A stretch of 64,000 bases of DNA from Blastocladiella emersonii ATCC 22665 (taxonomy: Eukaryota > Fungi > Blastocladiomycota): assembly GCA_025594325.1 (NCBI GenBank), contig JANHCV010000012.1:62001-126000 (forward strand), read 5' to 3'. The stretch's first letter is position 1, and the number at the start of each line of letters is the position of its first letter. The notes below the pieces were generated by a model. It saw nothing but the letters and a program-made list of their open reading frames with translations, was not told the origin of the DNA and did no database searches. Shown here piece after piece: positions 43,572 through 53,920 of the stretch. Made by a program: the position numbers and the translations under genes.

Positions 43572-44258
43572 GTGAGTGTGGCTGCGGGCGAAGAGTCCTT
43601 TTCACCCGCCGCCCGCCCGCGCTCGGTCCTCGCTCCCCAACCCTCGACCGCTCCCTTCATGCTACGCAGAATAGATATCACTCGTTTAGGCAACAGGCGC
43701 TCCAAGGATCCGTGCATCTGCTTCCACTGCTGCGAAATCCCCAACCAGGAGTGCCTTAGCTACAAGACCCGCCGCAAGTACATTTTGGTCAATGGGTGGG
43801 GCAACCTGCGCACCGCCGTCGCTGGTATCCTTGACGACGACCGCTTCCCGGGTGGCCAAGAGGGCAAGGTTGCAGCGCTCGCGGGCCTGCTTGATCTCGC
43901 TCTGCCCGCCGACCTTGAGTTTGTCCAGCGCTACCTGGACGCGGTGCGCGACAATAGTCCTGCTCCCGTCTTTGACTCAGACTCGGACTCGGACTCGGGC
44001 ACGCAGGCCGGTGGCAGCGGTGAAGAGGAAGATGGGGACTCGGACAGCTCCAACGACTCGCGCAAAAACTGGAGTCCCACTTTTGAGGTACACCCGAATG
44101 CCACGCATGACCTGATGATGCAACCTCGATCTGATTATTTCTCAACGCGTGTAGGCCCAGTACCAGGCCGTCCTCGACTCATGCCCTCGCCCTCGCATGG
44201 GCGTCGGTCCGCCGCCCAACATGGACTACTGGGTGGAGTGGAAGCGCCAGCAGGATGA
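43572..44258 (+). CDS. Hypothetical ORF with a Cys-rich motif and an acidic tract
   Basis: 228-aa open frame with CICFHCCE, a helical segment with host-like codons (AALAGLLDLALPADLEFVQRYLDAV) and a D/S/E-rich stretch. No family recognised. Confidence 0.35.
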   Translation: MSVAAGEESFSPAARPRSVLAPQPSTAPFMLRRIDITRLGNRRSKDPCICFHCCEIPNQECLSYKTRRKYILVNGWGNLRTAVAGILDDDRFPGGQEGKVAALAGLLDLALPADLEFVQRYLDAVRDNSPAPVFDSDSDSDSGTQAGGSGEEEDGDSDSSNDSRKNWSPTFEVHPNATHDLMMQPRSDYFSTRVGPVPGRPRLMPSPSHGRRSAAQHGLLGGVEAPAG

Positions 44259-45531
44259 AATCAAGTGGGCCTCTGAGGATAGCGCGCGCTCGCGCCCAGC
44301 TCGAGGAGTCCGCCCGCCCACCAGTCCGCCCGCCCACCTTATTAAGCTTCATGGATCTCGCATCATGGTTTGTGTCAGCAGAAGCGATCCGTTCTTCCGA
44401 TTCATCCAATAACATGGCCGGTTTGCCTTTGTGTCATCACCTACGACTAGAGCGTGCTAATGGCCGGATCCGCAAATACCAGGTGACAGAGCCGTTGATG
44501 TTGTTGCGTGTCGTTCATGTGGCCACGACCGCGGTGATCAATCATCTGATCTCGCGTGAGCCGCCCGCAATCCCTCGCTCCTGCGCCGCCGCACCCCGCT
44601 GCGGCGCGCCCTGCTTTGTTATCCACTCTCCCCTCTCCCCGTCTTGGGTTCGGGGCCGAAGGCAGGAATAGACATCCCTGACTACTTGTCTCCCGCCTCC
44701 TTCTGTCGGCATCAACAGATGTCTTGATTCAAGAGAGGTGAGCGTGACTTGTTGGCGGTGAGTTGGTAGTGTGACAAGCTTTTTAGCGCGCGGCCCCCTT
44801 CAGGAAAGTCCGTGCAGGAAACATCGGGCCGCGCGATGCCCGAGATCAAAGGAGAGAATTTGAGTCGGTGGCGTCGGGTGATGCGGCGTGACGCAAAGGG
44901 GAGGACGCTAAAGGGAGCTCGCCTCTGCGCTCGCGTGCGAGTTCTGGACTCCGGAGCACTCGAAGCGTGAAGGGAAAGCAGACGACGGAAACAAATGTAA
45001 CTCACGGCAAACACTTCGTTATGATGTCTCCGACTGTGAGCCGCGACGACGGGGGTGGTCGGCGTGGGGTGCTGGAGTCACGGCCGCGCCGGCCACGGTC
45101 ACGGTGGGCTCGATGGCCGTCTGCGGGCCTCGAAACGGGTCGAAGAGACAGCGCGGGATGTACCTCGTGTGTGGGAAGCGATGGTAGAGCGGGCAGCAAG
45201 TTCGGGTTGAGCGTGGTAACTGGGGAGGCCGCGAGCGCTCATGGCGAGGCGCGCGGCGAGTGCAGCTTGAACGTGATGAGCAGAAGGGTATGAGCACCTG
45301 CAGCGCGGTTCGACAGCGATCGCAGCTTGAGCGTGATGAGCGGGAGGGTGTGAGCGCCTGTGGCGAAGCCACGTTAGAGACGATCCTGTGTGATGGGAGG
45401 GAAGCTGGGAATAGCGCATGGCGACAGCGGACGTACGGCGGAAAGGGGCAGCTCGCGCGCGTTGCGATGATGGCGCGAGAGACGACGTGCAGGTGTTGAC
45501 GCGGCGACGCGGGCAGCGGCTATGCAGCAAC

Positions 45532-46225
45532 GACGGCGGCGGCAAGATGATCGCTGACCAAGCGCCTGCGGCGAGGATTGACGTACGGAGTTGAGTGATG
45601 GTATGGTCGTCGGTTATGGTCGTCAGGATCGAGTGAAGCAATGAGATCTGGTCGTAGAGGCGCGTCGTGTTTCAGCCGCGGCCGCCACGGCACCTTGGAG
45701 ACGACTGACTGTTGCAACGCGGCGCCGCACGAAACGCGCGCCTCAATACTCCAAGTAGGTAAAGGAATCATAACGAATAGCAACAGGGCCCGCAAGCGAG
45801 CACCTTGGCGGCCAGCGATCAAGGGTACGGCTATGAAGCGACGTGTCGCGCTGATCGCCTTCGCCGCGGCATGCGCCGCGGATCGTCAAAGACGGCGGAA
45901 GAGTGATCGCTGACTTTACGCCTGCGGCGAGGATCTACGGTTGGAGTTGAGTAATGGAATGGTCGTCGGTTATGTTCGCCAGGATCGAGTGGAGAAGAGG
46001 GACCTGGTCACGGGGACGCATCGTGTTTCAGCCGCGGCCGCCACGCTTCCTTGGAGACGGCGCGGCGCTGGACGCGAAGCGCATCGCGAAAGTCCAAGGA
46101 GGGAGAAGGATCATAACGATTAGCATCAGGGCCAGCCGCGAGTGGACTCTCTGGCGGCTGGCGACCAAGGATACGGCCGTGAAGCAACGGTCCGCGCTGT
46201 TCGCCCTCGCTTCGGCATGCGCCAA
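45532..46225. repeat. Diverged tandem duplication, unit about 350 bp, 2 copies
   Basis: Shared blocks TGATCGCTGAC, CGCCTGCGGCGAGGAT, ATGGTCGTCGGTTATG, CAGGATCGAGTG, TCGTGTTTCAGCCGCGGCCGCCACG, ATCATAACGA and CGGCATGCGCC recur about 345-360 nt apart. Confidence 0.85.
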
Positions 46226-46585
46226 GGCTCAACGAACGTTTGAGCCCACGGGAAACCGCGAACTGGAGCCGCGAGAGCCGACTTGCCTCGCAGAAAAGCT
46301 GGGCGACGTCGGCGACCGTGAGATACGTACGCACGCACGCGCGACGGCAAGCACGACGACGATTCGGAACAGCACGCACGCCATGACCCATCCAGCGCGA
46401 TCAAAACCCAAACCGAACACCGTGAAGCGATCGACCTGGAGCGGCCGCCACGCGAAGAGCGACACCGAAGGCTCGTAGACGCACGTAAACGCGGGATCAC
46501 GGTGCAGGGTCAACTCGCGACCGCCAAAACTCGCAGGCGGGGACCGACCGCGCGCCGTTGCAAGGGCCGAACGCGGGAACGCCCG

Positions 46586-46920
46586 CCACTCCCGCCCGCC
46601 CACATCTAGAGAGCGACCATTGCACGGCGCCCACGTTGCATCAGGCGTAAGAAAGCAGCCGTACGCAGACCAAGGGTGTAGCGGGCCGAGGGACGGCGCG
46701 CGCTTCGCACGCGGTCGCGCTACCGCACGACAAAACGACGCGAGGGGCAAGCACTGACCCACTCCCCGCCCACATCTAAAGAGCGACCCTTGCACAGCGC
46801 CCATGCTGCATCGCCCGCGAGAGAGCAGCCGTACGCGGACCAAAGGAGAGATCGACCGAGGGACGGCGCGGCGCGCTTCGCACTCGCGGTCGCGCTGGCG
46901 CGCGACGAACAGACGACACC
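46586..46920 (-). pseudogene. Two diverged ~173-bp tandem units, possibly an ankyrin-like repeat gene remnant
   Basis: CCACATCTA.AGAGCGACC, GCAGCCGTACGC.GACCAA and CCGAGGGACGGCGCG each occur twice. The minus strand reads …TAALSRAMQHGRCARVAL*MWAGSG, loosely like ankyrin-type A..G...L.WW..SG. The repeat is certain; the ankyrin call is weak. Confidence 0.4.
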
Positions 46921-47357
46921 ACGGCGTGACGACGAAACGGCATGTTGATCGACATGAGAGGAGATACATTGCAAGTTGCTGGGAGAGCGAGAGAGGGAGA
47001 GCGACGATCGGCAGAGAGAGAGCGCCGAGGTCGAGGGAAGCGCCGAGGTGGAGAGAAAAAACAAAAGAACGCTGGACGGTGATTGGCCGAACACCAGGGA
47101 GCCATAGTTTAGCCAGGAAAAGCCGCTGCAAGGCGATGCCGAAGTCACGCGACTGACCGACCAATGAAATGGCGGGACGCTCTTCAGGAGGTGGCGTGAA
47201 TTGAGGGACGGCGGCTAGAGTAATTGTAGGACTGCTAGCCTTGTTGGGCGCCGCGAATGGGAGTGAACGGGAAGAGCCCCGCGTCAGCTTCGTGTCGTTT
47301 ACGTCCAAAGTCGCAGGGAGTAAGACTTCAAGTGAGCAAGTACGCTGGTCTGGAACG

Positions 47358-48752
47358 AGCGGGAGAGTGAGCAGTTTGCTCGGCACGGCGGCGAGTCAAG
47401 CAGAAGGACGGGCGAAAAAAAAAACGCCGCATCATGAGCCTTGACTCATCAGTGTGAGCAAAGAGGTCATTGCGATGTGTTGGACACCACGTTGACCGCG
47501 GGAAAATCTTGACGCCGTGGAACTTGTTGGTTGTTGGTCACACGGTTGATGATGGCCACGATCTCTCTTGTCGCTGACCGTCTTCCAAAGCCGGTGCTTG
47601 TACAGCTAGCGCAGATTCGAGCAAACAACTGCATACAAGCACCTTGAGCACGCGGACTAGACTGTCGCGCTTGGTTGACTTGCGCTGCCGCCCGTCCGGT
47701 AGAGTGGCGACGGAGCCCGTTCGCGGTGAGGTAGGGTCTGAGAGAACTTTCTAACCCTTGAAATCGACAAGCCGCTGTCTGGGCGGACCTGTCGTGAAAT
47801 TGTAAGCATCGCAGACTTTGATCGAACTGGCGACGGGAAAACAGCCGCTGTACACAGACGGTCAACTTAATCGTTCCGCCGTTAAAATATGGCGCTAAAA
47901 TCAAACTATCATGAAAGATGAGGGACGTCGGTCCTGTAGTGTAGTGGCCTATCACCCCGCACTTTGAATGCGGAAACCCGAGTTCGAATCTCGGCAGGAC
48001 CTTTTTGATGTTCGATGAGGATCAGAAGTTTACTTCCGGTATTTATTTTGTCGTTCCGAGCTCGGCAGAGGCCGCGGGAAGTCGCCCGAGGTCACAATCC
48101 CATTTTTTTAGCCGATCCTGCCCGACAACCAATGGTTTGTGTCATCAGCCACCCTGCATCGTGTTGCCCTGATTCAGAGGCACCTCTGCATCGAGAGTAC
48201 TCGTCAAACTGCGGCAGGGTCAGCCTGTGAAGCGAGCCGCCGGGCGACTCGCGTTTCGGCCATCCCCATGACCCCTACCACCATCACGGTGACTTCCAAC
48301 TCAGCTCTCGCGGAATCAGCAGTATCGATTGTCCAAGGTTGAAGTTCGGCCGCAGCAATTGGTTCGGACTTGCCGCCGCACGAGCTTCATCGTCTTAGGG
48401 AGCCGGTACCGTCAGTTATGGCCATGACGTGATGTGGCGTGTGCCTCCTTCGCACTCCCCACAAATTAGTCAGTTGCCCACCGCGACATGCTTACCATGC
48501 ACCCCATGTTCCAAGCAGTATCCCTCGTCGTTTGTCGTTGCTCTATGGTGCGGGTGCTGTTACGCGACACGTGTGGCAACCGCCCAAACTCCGTCATGCT
48601 ATTAAGATGGCGATAGCGCGCACAATGGTGAAATCATGCTGCTCGCACCGCTCGGTTCAACTGATCCGTTCTTGCAGCCTCGGGTTTGCCGTGAGGGCAA
48701 CGAGCGGTCTGTCATTTCGTCATCGTTGGTTGACGCGGATCGGCGCTCGCAT
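47358..48752. repeat. Right arm of a 1395-bp inverted repeat
   Basis: Reverse complement of 40014-41408. Confidence 0.95.
47930..48002 (+). tRNA. tRNA-Gln (anticodon TTG), identical second copy
   Basis: Same cloverleaf as 40764-40836, followed by TTTT. Confidence 0.95.
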
Positions 48753-49215
48753 CGAGGGCTAAAGCCCTCTTTTTAGACCGCGTCGCGTCCGGGATAGGGC
48801 GGTGAAATCACGTGAGCGAGGCTCATGTGTTGTGCTTCGAAAACGCGCGACAGACGCGTCGTTTGTCATCTGACCGGTGTGGCGCAACGCGTCCCGGCCG
48901 CGCACGTGATCTGCTTCGGCCTAACCCGCGGAAGCGCGGCGCTCGACGCTGGGCCGCGGAGCTCGAGCGAGCGCGCTGCGCCGACCTTCGATCAGGCTCG
49001 CCAGACTCCGAGCACATGAACGCGTAAGAAGTGCATAAGCGCGTCCAGCCGCCAACGGAGCCCGTGCTTGGTGTGCGTGTTTCGAAACGGAACCTGTGCT
49101 CGGCGGACGTGCTTGGACGACGCGGGCCGCCTTGGAACCGCGAGGCACGAGCACGTTGACGGACGCAGGCGCGAGTTCAACGGTCGCGCTCTGAGCGACT
49201 TGCGAGGCCTCATGA

Positions 49216-49850
49216 GTGTCTCAAGTGAAGACCGCGAGCTCGAGAGATCCGCTTGAGGAGAACTTTGCGCGAGATATCATTCCTGGCAAATATGTAGCTC
49301 GCGCAGCTCGCGTTTATCATGGACGAAGTGTGCCGAAGCCCGCTGGCTTCGCACAGTTGGTTCTCTCGCTTGACCTCGCCGAGGACGCGCAGAGTGTCGC
49401 GGGCGGCACCGTTTACACGGACGGGTCGTTCCGTGACGCGGGTTCGCCGGACGTGGCGCCGCGTGCGGGCGTCCTCGTGAGCGGATCGCTGGAACTCACT
49501 GTTTGCGTCATTGACAGGAATCACTCGAGCTTCTGCTCCTAGCTGCGGGACGCCGTTGCGTCCGCTCGCCGCGGCGCCCAGCTCACCTAGGCGCTGAACA
49601 ACGAGAGCGTCATCGACGCGGCGCGTTTTGGGCCGGCACACGCGCATCCGCCCGAGCGAACGTCTTGCCGCAAACTCGCTCCTGTGCTTCCAGCTTCGCG
49701 CGCTCGCGAGCCAGCTGACGACCCGTGCCCGTCTACACCAGTATTGGCCGCACCGCTTCAAGTCACCCATCCGCGCCAATCGCCTCAAGACTGGTATCAA
49801 GGTCGCCTACACGGCAGGCGCGTGCGTTCGCGTGCCCCGCTTCGCGCTCA
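49216..49850 (+). pseudogene. Degenerate RNase H domain of a non-LTR retrotransposon
   Basis: TVYTDGSF, then NHSSFCS*L..AVA, AQLT*ALNNESVID and IKVAYTAG. These match the order of RNase H motifs (YTDGS; SS.RAEL; ..TD...VI; KVK.H.G), with stops and frameshifts. Confidence 0.55.
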
Positions 49851-50246
49851 CTCTTCCCGGCGGTATTCGACGACGACGCTTCCCGCATCAGCAGCGCCCT
49901 CGCGGTGCTCGCCGAGGTCGAGATCGGCGGCGGCCTCCGCGCACGCGTCGCCGGCTCGCTCGGCGAGCAGCTCAGCAGCTCAAACCGTATCAAATGTACC
50001 GCGGCCGCCGTCATGGACGCGCCGGTCGCCGGTCGCCGCATGGTTCAAGACGGATGTACAACCACCTGCGCGAGCTCATCGACCCGCGTCTCGCGCTCCC
50101 CGCCGCGACGGCCATCGCCTCGAGCGCCGTGCGGTAGCTTGCTTGGCGCCCGCGCTGCAACGCGATTGCTGATGCCGCGCCCGTGGCCCATGACGGTGCC
50201 CTGACGCCACTGGACGCGAGCGACCAGATGCACCGCCCTCCGGCGC

Positions 50247-50351
50247 GCTGTGTTGCGTCGAGCTGTGCTGTGACGCGCTGTGCTGCGACGCGCTGTGCTG
50301 CGACGCGCTGTGCTGCGACGCGCTGTGCTGCGACGCGCTGTGCTGCGACGC
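50247..50351. repeat. 15-nt minisatellite (GCTGTGCTGCGACGC) x7
   Basis: Five perfect copies at 50277-50351 plus two degenerate copies. No spacers. Confidence 0.95.
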
Positions 50352-50532
50352 GCAGCTCTCCGACTCCGGCGGCAAGTACTGCCATAGCGACGATGTTCAA
50401 GACTCGTTCAACAGGCGCTTACCCGCGATTCAAGCGATTGCGCACCCACACGGCGCAAGCGCCCAACATGGCACGGGCTTGAGCCCTCGATTGAAAACCA
50501 AACGCGAAGCGTTTCGGTGGCTCGAGTATAAT

Positions 50533-50880
50533 TTAAGGCTTCTTTATCACGAGACGCGGTGGGAGGTTCCAGACGACATACGGCAAACCTCAGTGTCGGC
50601 ATCCGGGTGCCCGGTGTGCGCAACAGTCAGCCGTGGACGCGTCGCGCCACTCACGTGTGCGTGATCACGGCTCCGATGCCATTCCACCGACCTGAAAGCG
50701 CCACACATGGTCCAGCCACCGCCCAACAACACAAGATATAAACGAGAGCAAGCTGTAATTTTTCATGGCAGTGAGAGACAGAGACGGTTGGGTTTGTAGA
50801 CGACGGGACGGAGGGAGGAGAACAAGAGGAGAGAGGTGGGGTGAGGTGGCTGTCGGCCTCCGCCCGTGGTCGCGACTGGC
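50533..50880 (-). repeat. Diverged inverted copy of 39660-40013 (3' flank of the G-alpha gene)
   Basis: Shared blocks CAGTCGCGACCA, AAACCCAACCGTCTCTGTCTCTCACTGCCAT, TACAGCTTGCTCTC, GCGCTTTCAGG, GTGATCACG.ACACGTGAGTGGCGCGACGCG, GGATGCCGAC and AAAGAAGCC. Confidence 0.88.
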
Positions 50881-51449
50881 AAGCCGCTCCATGACAGCAA
50901 TTGCGTGGCCGTGGACAAGCTCAAATTGGATGCGCGGGTCTTTTCTGTGAAGCGCAACACGAGGAGCTGTAGTCCAAGCGCGGATTTTCGTAAGCATGAT
51001 CGACTCGGGCGACCCTTGGCCGAGAATCAAGTCGAATGCGTCTGAGGGCGGTCAACGGCGTAGTAAAGAGCGCCATCGCTGGAAAGCAAAAGCATTGTTG
51101 AGTTGACAGCAAGGGAATCTCGATCCCCCGAGCGTGAGCACATTGTACTCGGCAAGTCGCTCGAGATTGCACGCATTACGCGCGGACTCGGCGCCCTTGA
51201 ACACGCCGCGGTACTGCGCATGAAGCCGGCCCATGAAGGCCGCCGCTGAGTCTGCCGAAGTCCGACTGGCACTCGGGTCGGTCGGAAGCGCCGAAGCGAT
51301 GTACTGACCCCGCTCCTGCTCAAGCATTTCCATGGACCAGTCTGCCTCGAGCCAAGCGCACCAGCAGCGGCGAAGTTCCTGCAACGTCGCCTCGTCCGTA
51401 ATCTGCAGCGGCGGGTTAGTCCGAATGTCGAGCCAATCCCGGGAGAGGC

Positions 51450-52090
51450 ACACTCTAAACCGTGGCCCAAAGTCGGAACTCAGGCCCGAGCGTGTTGCGC
51501 TGACCGCTCGAAGGTATGTACCAGTTGGCGAAAGTGAGAGACGGAAGCGGCCCTTGCGACCAAGGTCGTGGGCCGCCCGTGGTGCCTTGTTCCTGAGCGC
51601 GGATTGCCCGCAGCGTACTGGAAACATTCTTCGAGCACCTGTTCATGGTCTCGGTCCATTAGAAGCAATCCGAGGACCAGTCGAGCTCACGCGCCCGTCC
51701 CGCCGCGATGCCAGTGCAGCATGTAGCGCGGGTTGTAATCTTGCGGTCCACCTCGCCAAACTGGTACGAGGCTGCATCGGCGGCACTGTAAGCGGCTAAG
51801 AAAGCCAACTTTGAGAAGGCCGAGGCCAGGTATGCGGCGGCGACAGTCGTCGGGTTGCTGATCGGCGTCTGAAGGATCAGGAGCGGTGCGCTGCGGTGGG
51901 CGGGGAACGGAACTGAGGCACTGGATACTCTGGACGCCCCTAAACTGCAGACAGGGCGTGTGCATAGAATGGCCGAGGATTTTGTTGAGCGCCGTGGCGC
52001 CCGCGAGTATGATGGGCTCGCCGTCACCCTGACGCACCAGGTGCGTATCGATGTCGACCGAGCGGCACGCAACTAGAGTCGCCGTGAGGA
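51450..52090 (-). pseudogene. Degraded ORF of unknown family; inverted paralog at 53335-53920
   Basis: GDGEPIILAGATALNKILG vs DGRAIILTGPTALKK. PLLILQTPISNPTTVAAAYLASAF vs PLLLPQAPIRNPATIASAYPASAF. MDRDHEQV vs MDRDHGRV. Confidence 0.65.
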
Positions 52091-53239
52091 TCACGTCCGT
52101 CTCAACAGCAATCAGGCCCGAGCTCAAGGGGATCTTGACGGAGAGCCCGTTTTTGATACCTGTCAACGAAAAGCATGTACGTCTCGCCCTCGACCTATCG
52201 ACAAAGCGCTCGACGATAGCCGAGTTGCGCAGCCGCTCCAAGTCCGTGAGGAACAAGTGCGGGTACTCTTTTACCCGAGCGTGTTGTGCGTGGGCCAACC
52301 GCAAAAGGCGGTACGCAGCGGCGAGCACCGTGTCTTCCGCTCGCCATGTTTAGCAATCGGAGAGTTGAGATTGAAAGATTTGCGGCCGAGAACTGACATG
52401 ACAATACTGCGAACGCGAACAAGCGCATTGGCGGCGTATCAGCCAAATTGTGCGGAAGAGAAGACTTAGCAGTGCGCTCTTACCGCTTCTCAGTACACCT
52501 TTTGCAGCAGCAGCTGACTTCCGATTTCCGCCATGAGCTAGGTTAAAAGGTGGACGTTGTGAGGGCCGAACCTTTTGCAATCCATCCCTGGAACGCGATT
52601 TTAAGCATAAAAGCAGCATTCCTACCAGTATCATGAGTCACCCCTCGCTCGGTGTTAGTCGACAACCTCGCTTTGCGCGTGATCTGCTGCTTTGTCGCCG
52701 CGTTGGGTTGGTTCGCAAGCGTAATCGGCTGGCGGTCGCAAACTCTTTCCTCAGCGTCGTCCCCACCGCCTGAAACGTATGTTTTGATACCGCGTAGCAC
52801 CGTCGTTCTCGTCCTTCCCGCGTTACCGTCGAATTTTCCTCATTCTGTCTCATGGGAGGGGTTAGCGTCAGAGCGCTACAGCCTACAGCCGCGGTCAAAG
52901 AGCGGTGGCTCAGCGGATGGCACAGCGGGTGGCTCAGCGGGTGGCGCAGCAGTGGGAGACAGCACCGACCGACCGTTCCATCGTCGCTCCAGCTCACCAC
53001 ACAGCCAAAGACGTCCAAGCAGGTCACCGTACCAAATGAGTAGCACCAGGAATTTTATCGAACTGAGCTGAGGCCAATGCGGGGAGTCAGGTACTCGGGA
53101 ACGAGAGGCAATACTTGTGAAGTGGGGGTTGGAGGTCGGAACTGCAAAGGAGCCACTCACGAGAGGTTGATGTCTCCGATAGGTTCAAATTGCTCAAACA
53201 GAAACTCAGCTTTGATAAAGCTACAGCTGAGAATTCAGC

Positions 53240-53324
53240 CAGCTGAAACGTGGCACCTTCATCCCGTGCATTTTACTGAGGATTGATCCAGCTGATCCAG
53301 CTAACCCCGGAACCAAACGGACCC
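53240..53324. mobile_element. Solo PIF/Harbinger-family terminus
   Basis: GAACCAAACGGACCC (53310-53324) is a 1-mismatch variant of the TIR and is followed by TAA. It carries the subterminal motifs CAGCTGAAACGTGGCA and GCTGATCCA. No partner end found. Confidence 0.75.
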
Positions 53325-53334
53325 TAATTCAACG

Positions 53335-53920
53335 TTCGTTGCGCTCCGTTCGGTCGGCCTTGACACGCACCTGCCGCGCATCGGTCAGTGCGTGATTCAG
53401 TGTGACGGCCGAGCCATCATCCTCACGGGCCCCACAGCGCTTAAAAAATCCTCGGCCGCGATAGACGCACGCCGTAACCGCAGGTTGATGACGTCCATAG
53501 CATCCAGTGGTTCAATTGCGTCCCCGCCCATCATGTGCCACCGCTCCTGCTCCCCCAGGCGCCAATCAGGAACCCAGCGACCATCGCTAGCGCGTACCCG
53601 GCCTCGGCCTTCCCAACTGTGGCATCCTCGGTCGCAGACGGCGCCGTTGAAGCAGCCTTGTACCAGGTCGACAGGTCGACCACGAGCTTCGTCTCGCGCT
53701 GACCAAGGTGCCGTATCACATGCTTCACCGGCGCCGCGGCGACAAGGGCGTGTCGGTCGGCAGGTTCTTCGAGTTTGCCTCATGGATCGGGACCATGGAC
53801 GGGTGTTCAAGCACACGACGAACGATACGGGCGATCCACTTTTAAGTACTGGTTGGCGCGGGCGGCCCGTGACTTCGGCCTCAAGGTCCCCTCGCACGGC
53901 TCAATTTCGCCAGCTAAGAT
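53335..53920 (+). pseudogene. Inverted paralog of 51450-52090
   Basis: Nucleotide and peptide similarity as above, with frameshifts and stops. Begins immediately after the solo TIR and TAA at 53310-53327. Confidence 0.65.

Noticed and set aside
44800-44830. GGAAAGTCC resembling RNase P/MRP conserved region I
   Set aside because: No complementary CR-V element found; too short to be meaningful.
40005-48761. Target-site duplication around the inverted-repeat block (Mutator- or hAT-type)
   Set aside because: The flanking 8-9 mers (AAGCCGTTA vs CGAGGGCTA) do not match.
48754-48774. GAGGGC-TAAA-GCCCTC hairpin plus T-run (Helitron 3' end or terminator?)
   Set aside because: No CTRR terminus or Rep/helicase, and the sequence is explained as part of the GLSPR-family coding remnant.
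50247-50351. Possible CRISPR-like array
   Set aside because: Head-to-tail 15-mers without unique spacers, no cas genes, eukaryotic context.
50880-50945. Weak similarity of minus-strand DPRIQFEL to the G-alpha C-terminal TTQIKFVM (G-alpha pseudogene?)
   Set aside because: Only a few matching residues and no further G-alpha motifs. The duplication is supported only for the 3' flank.
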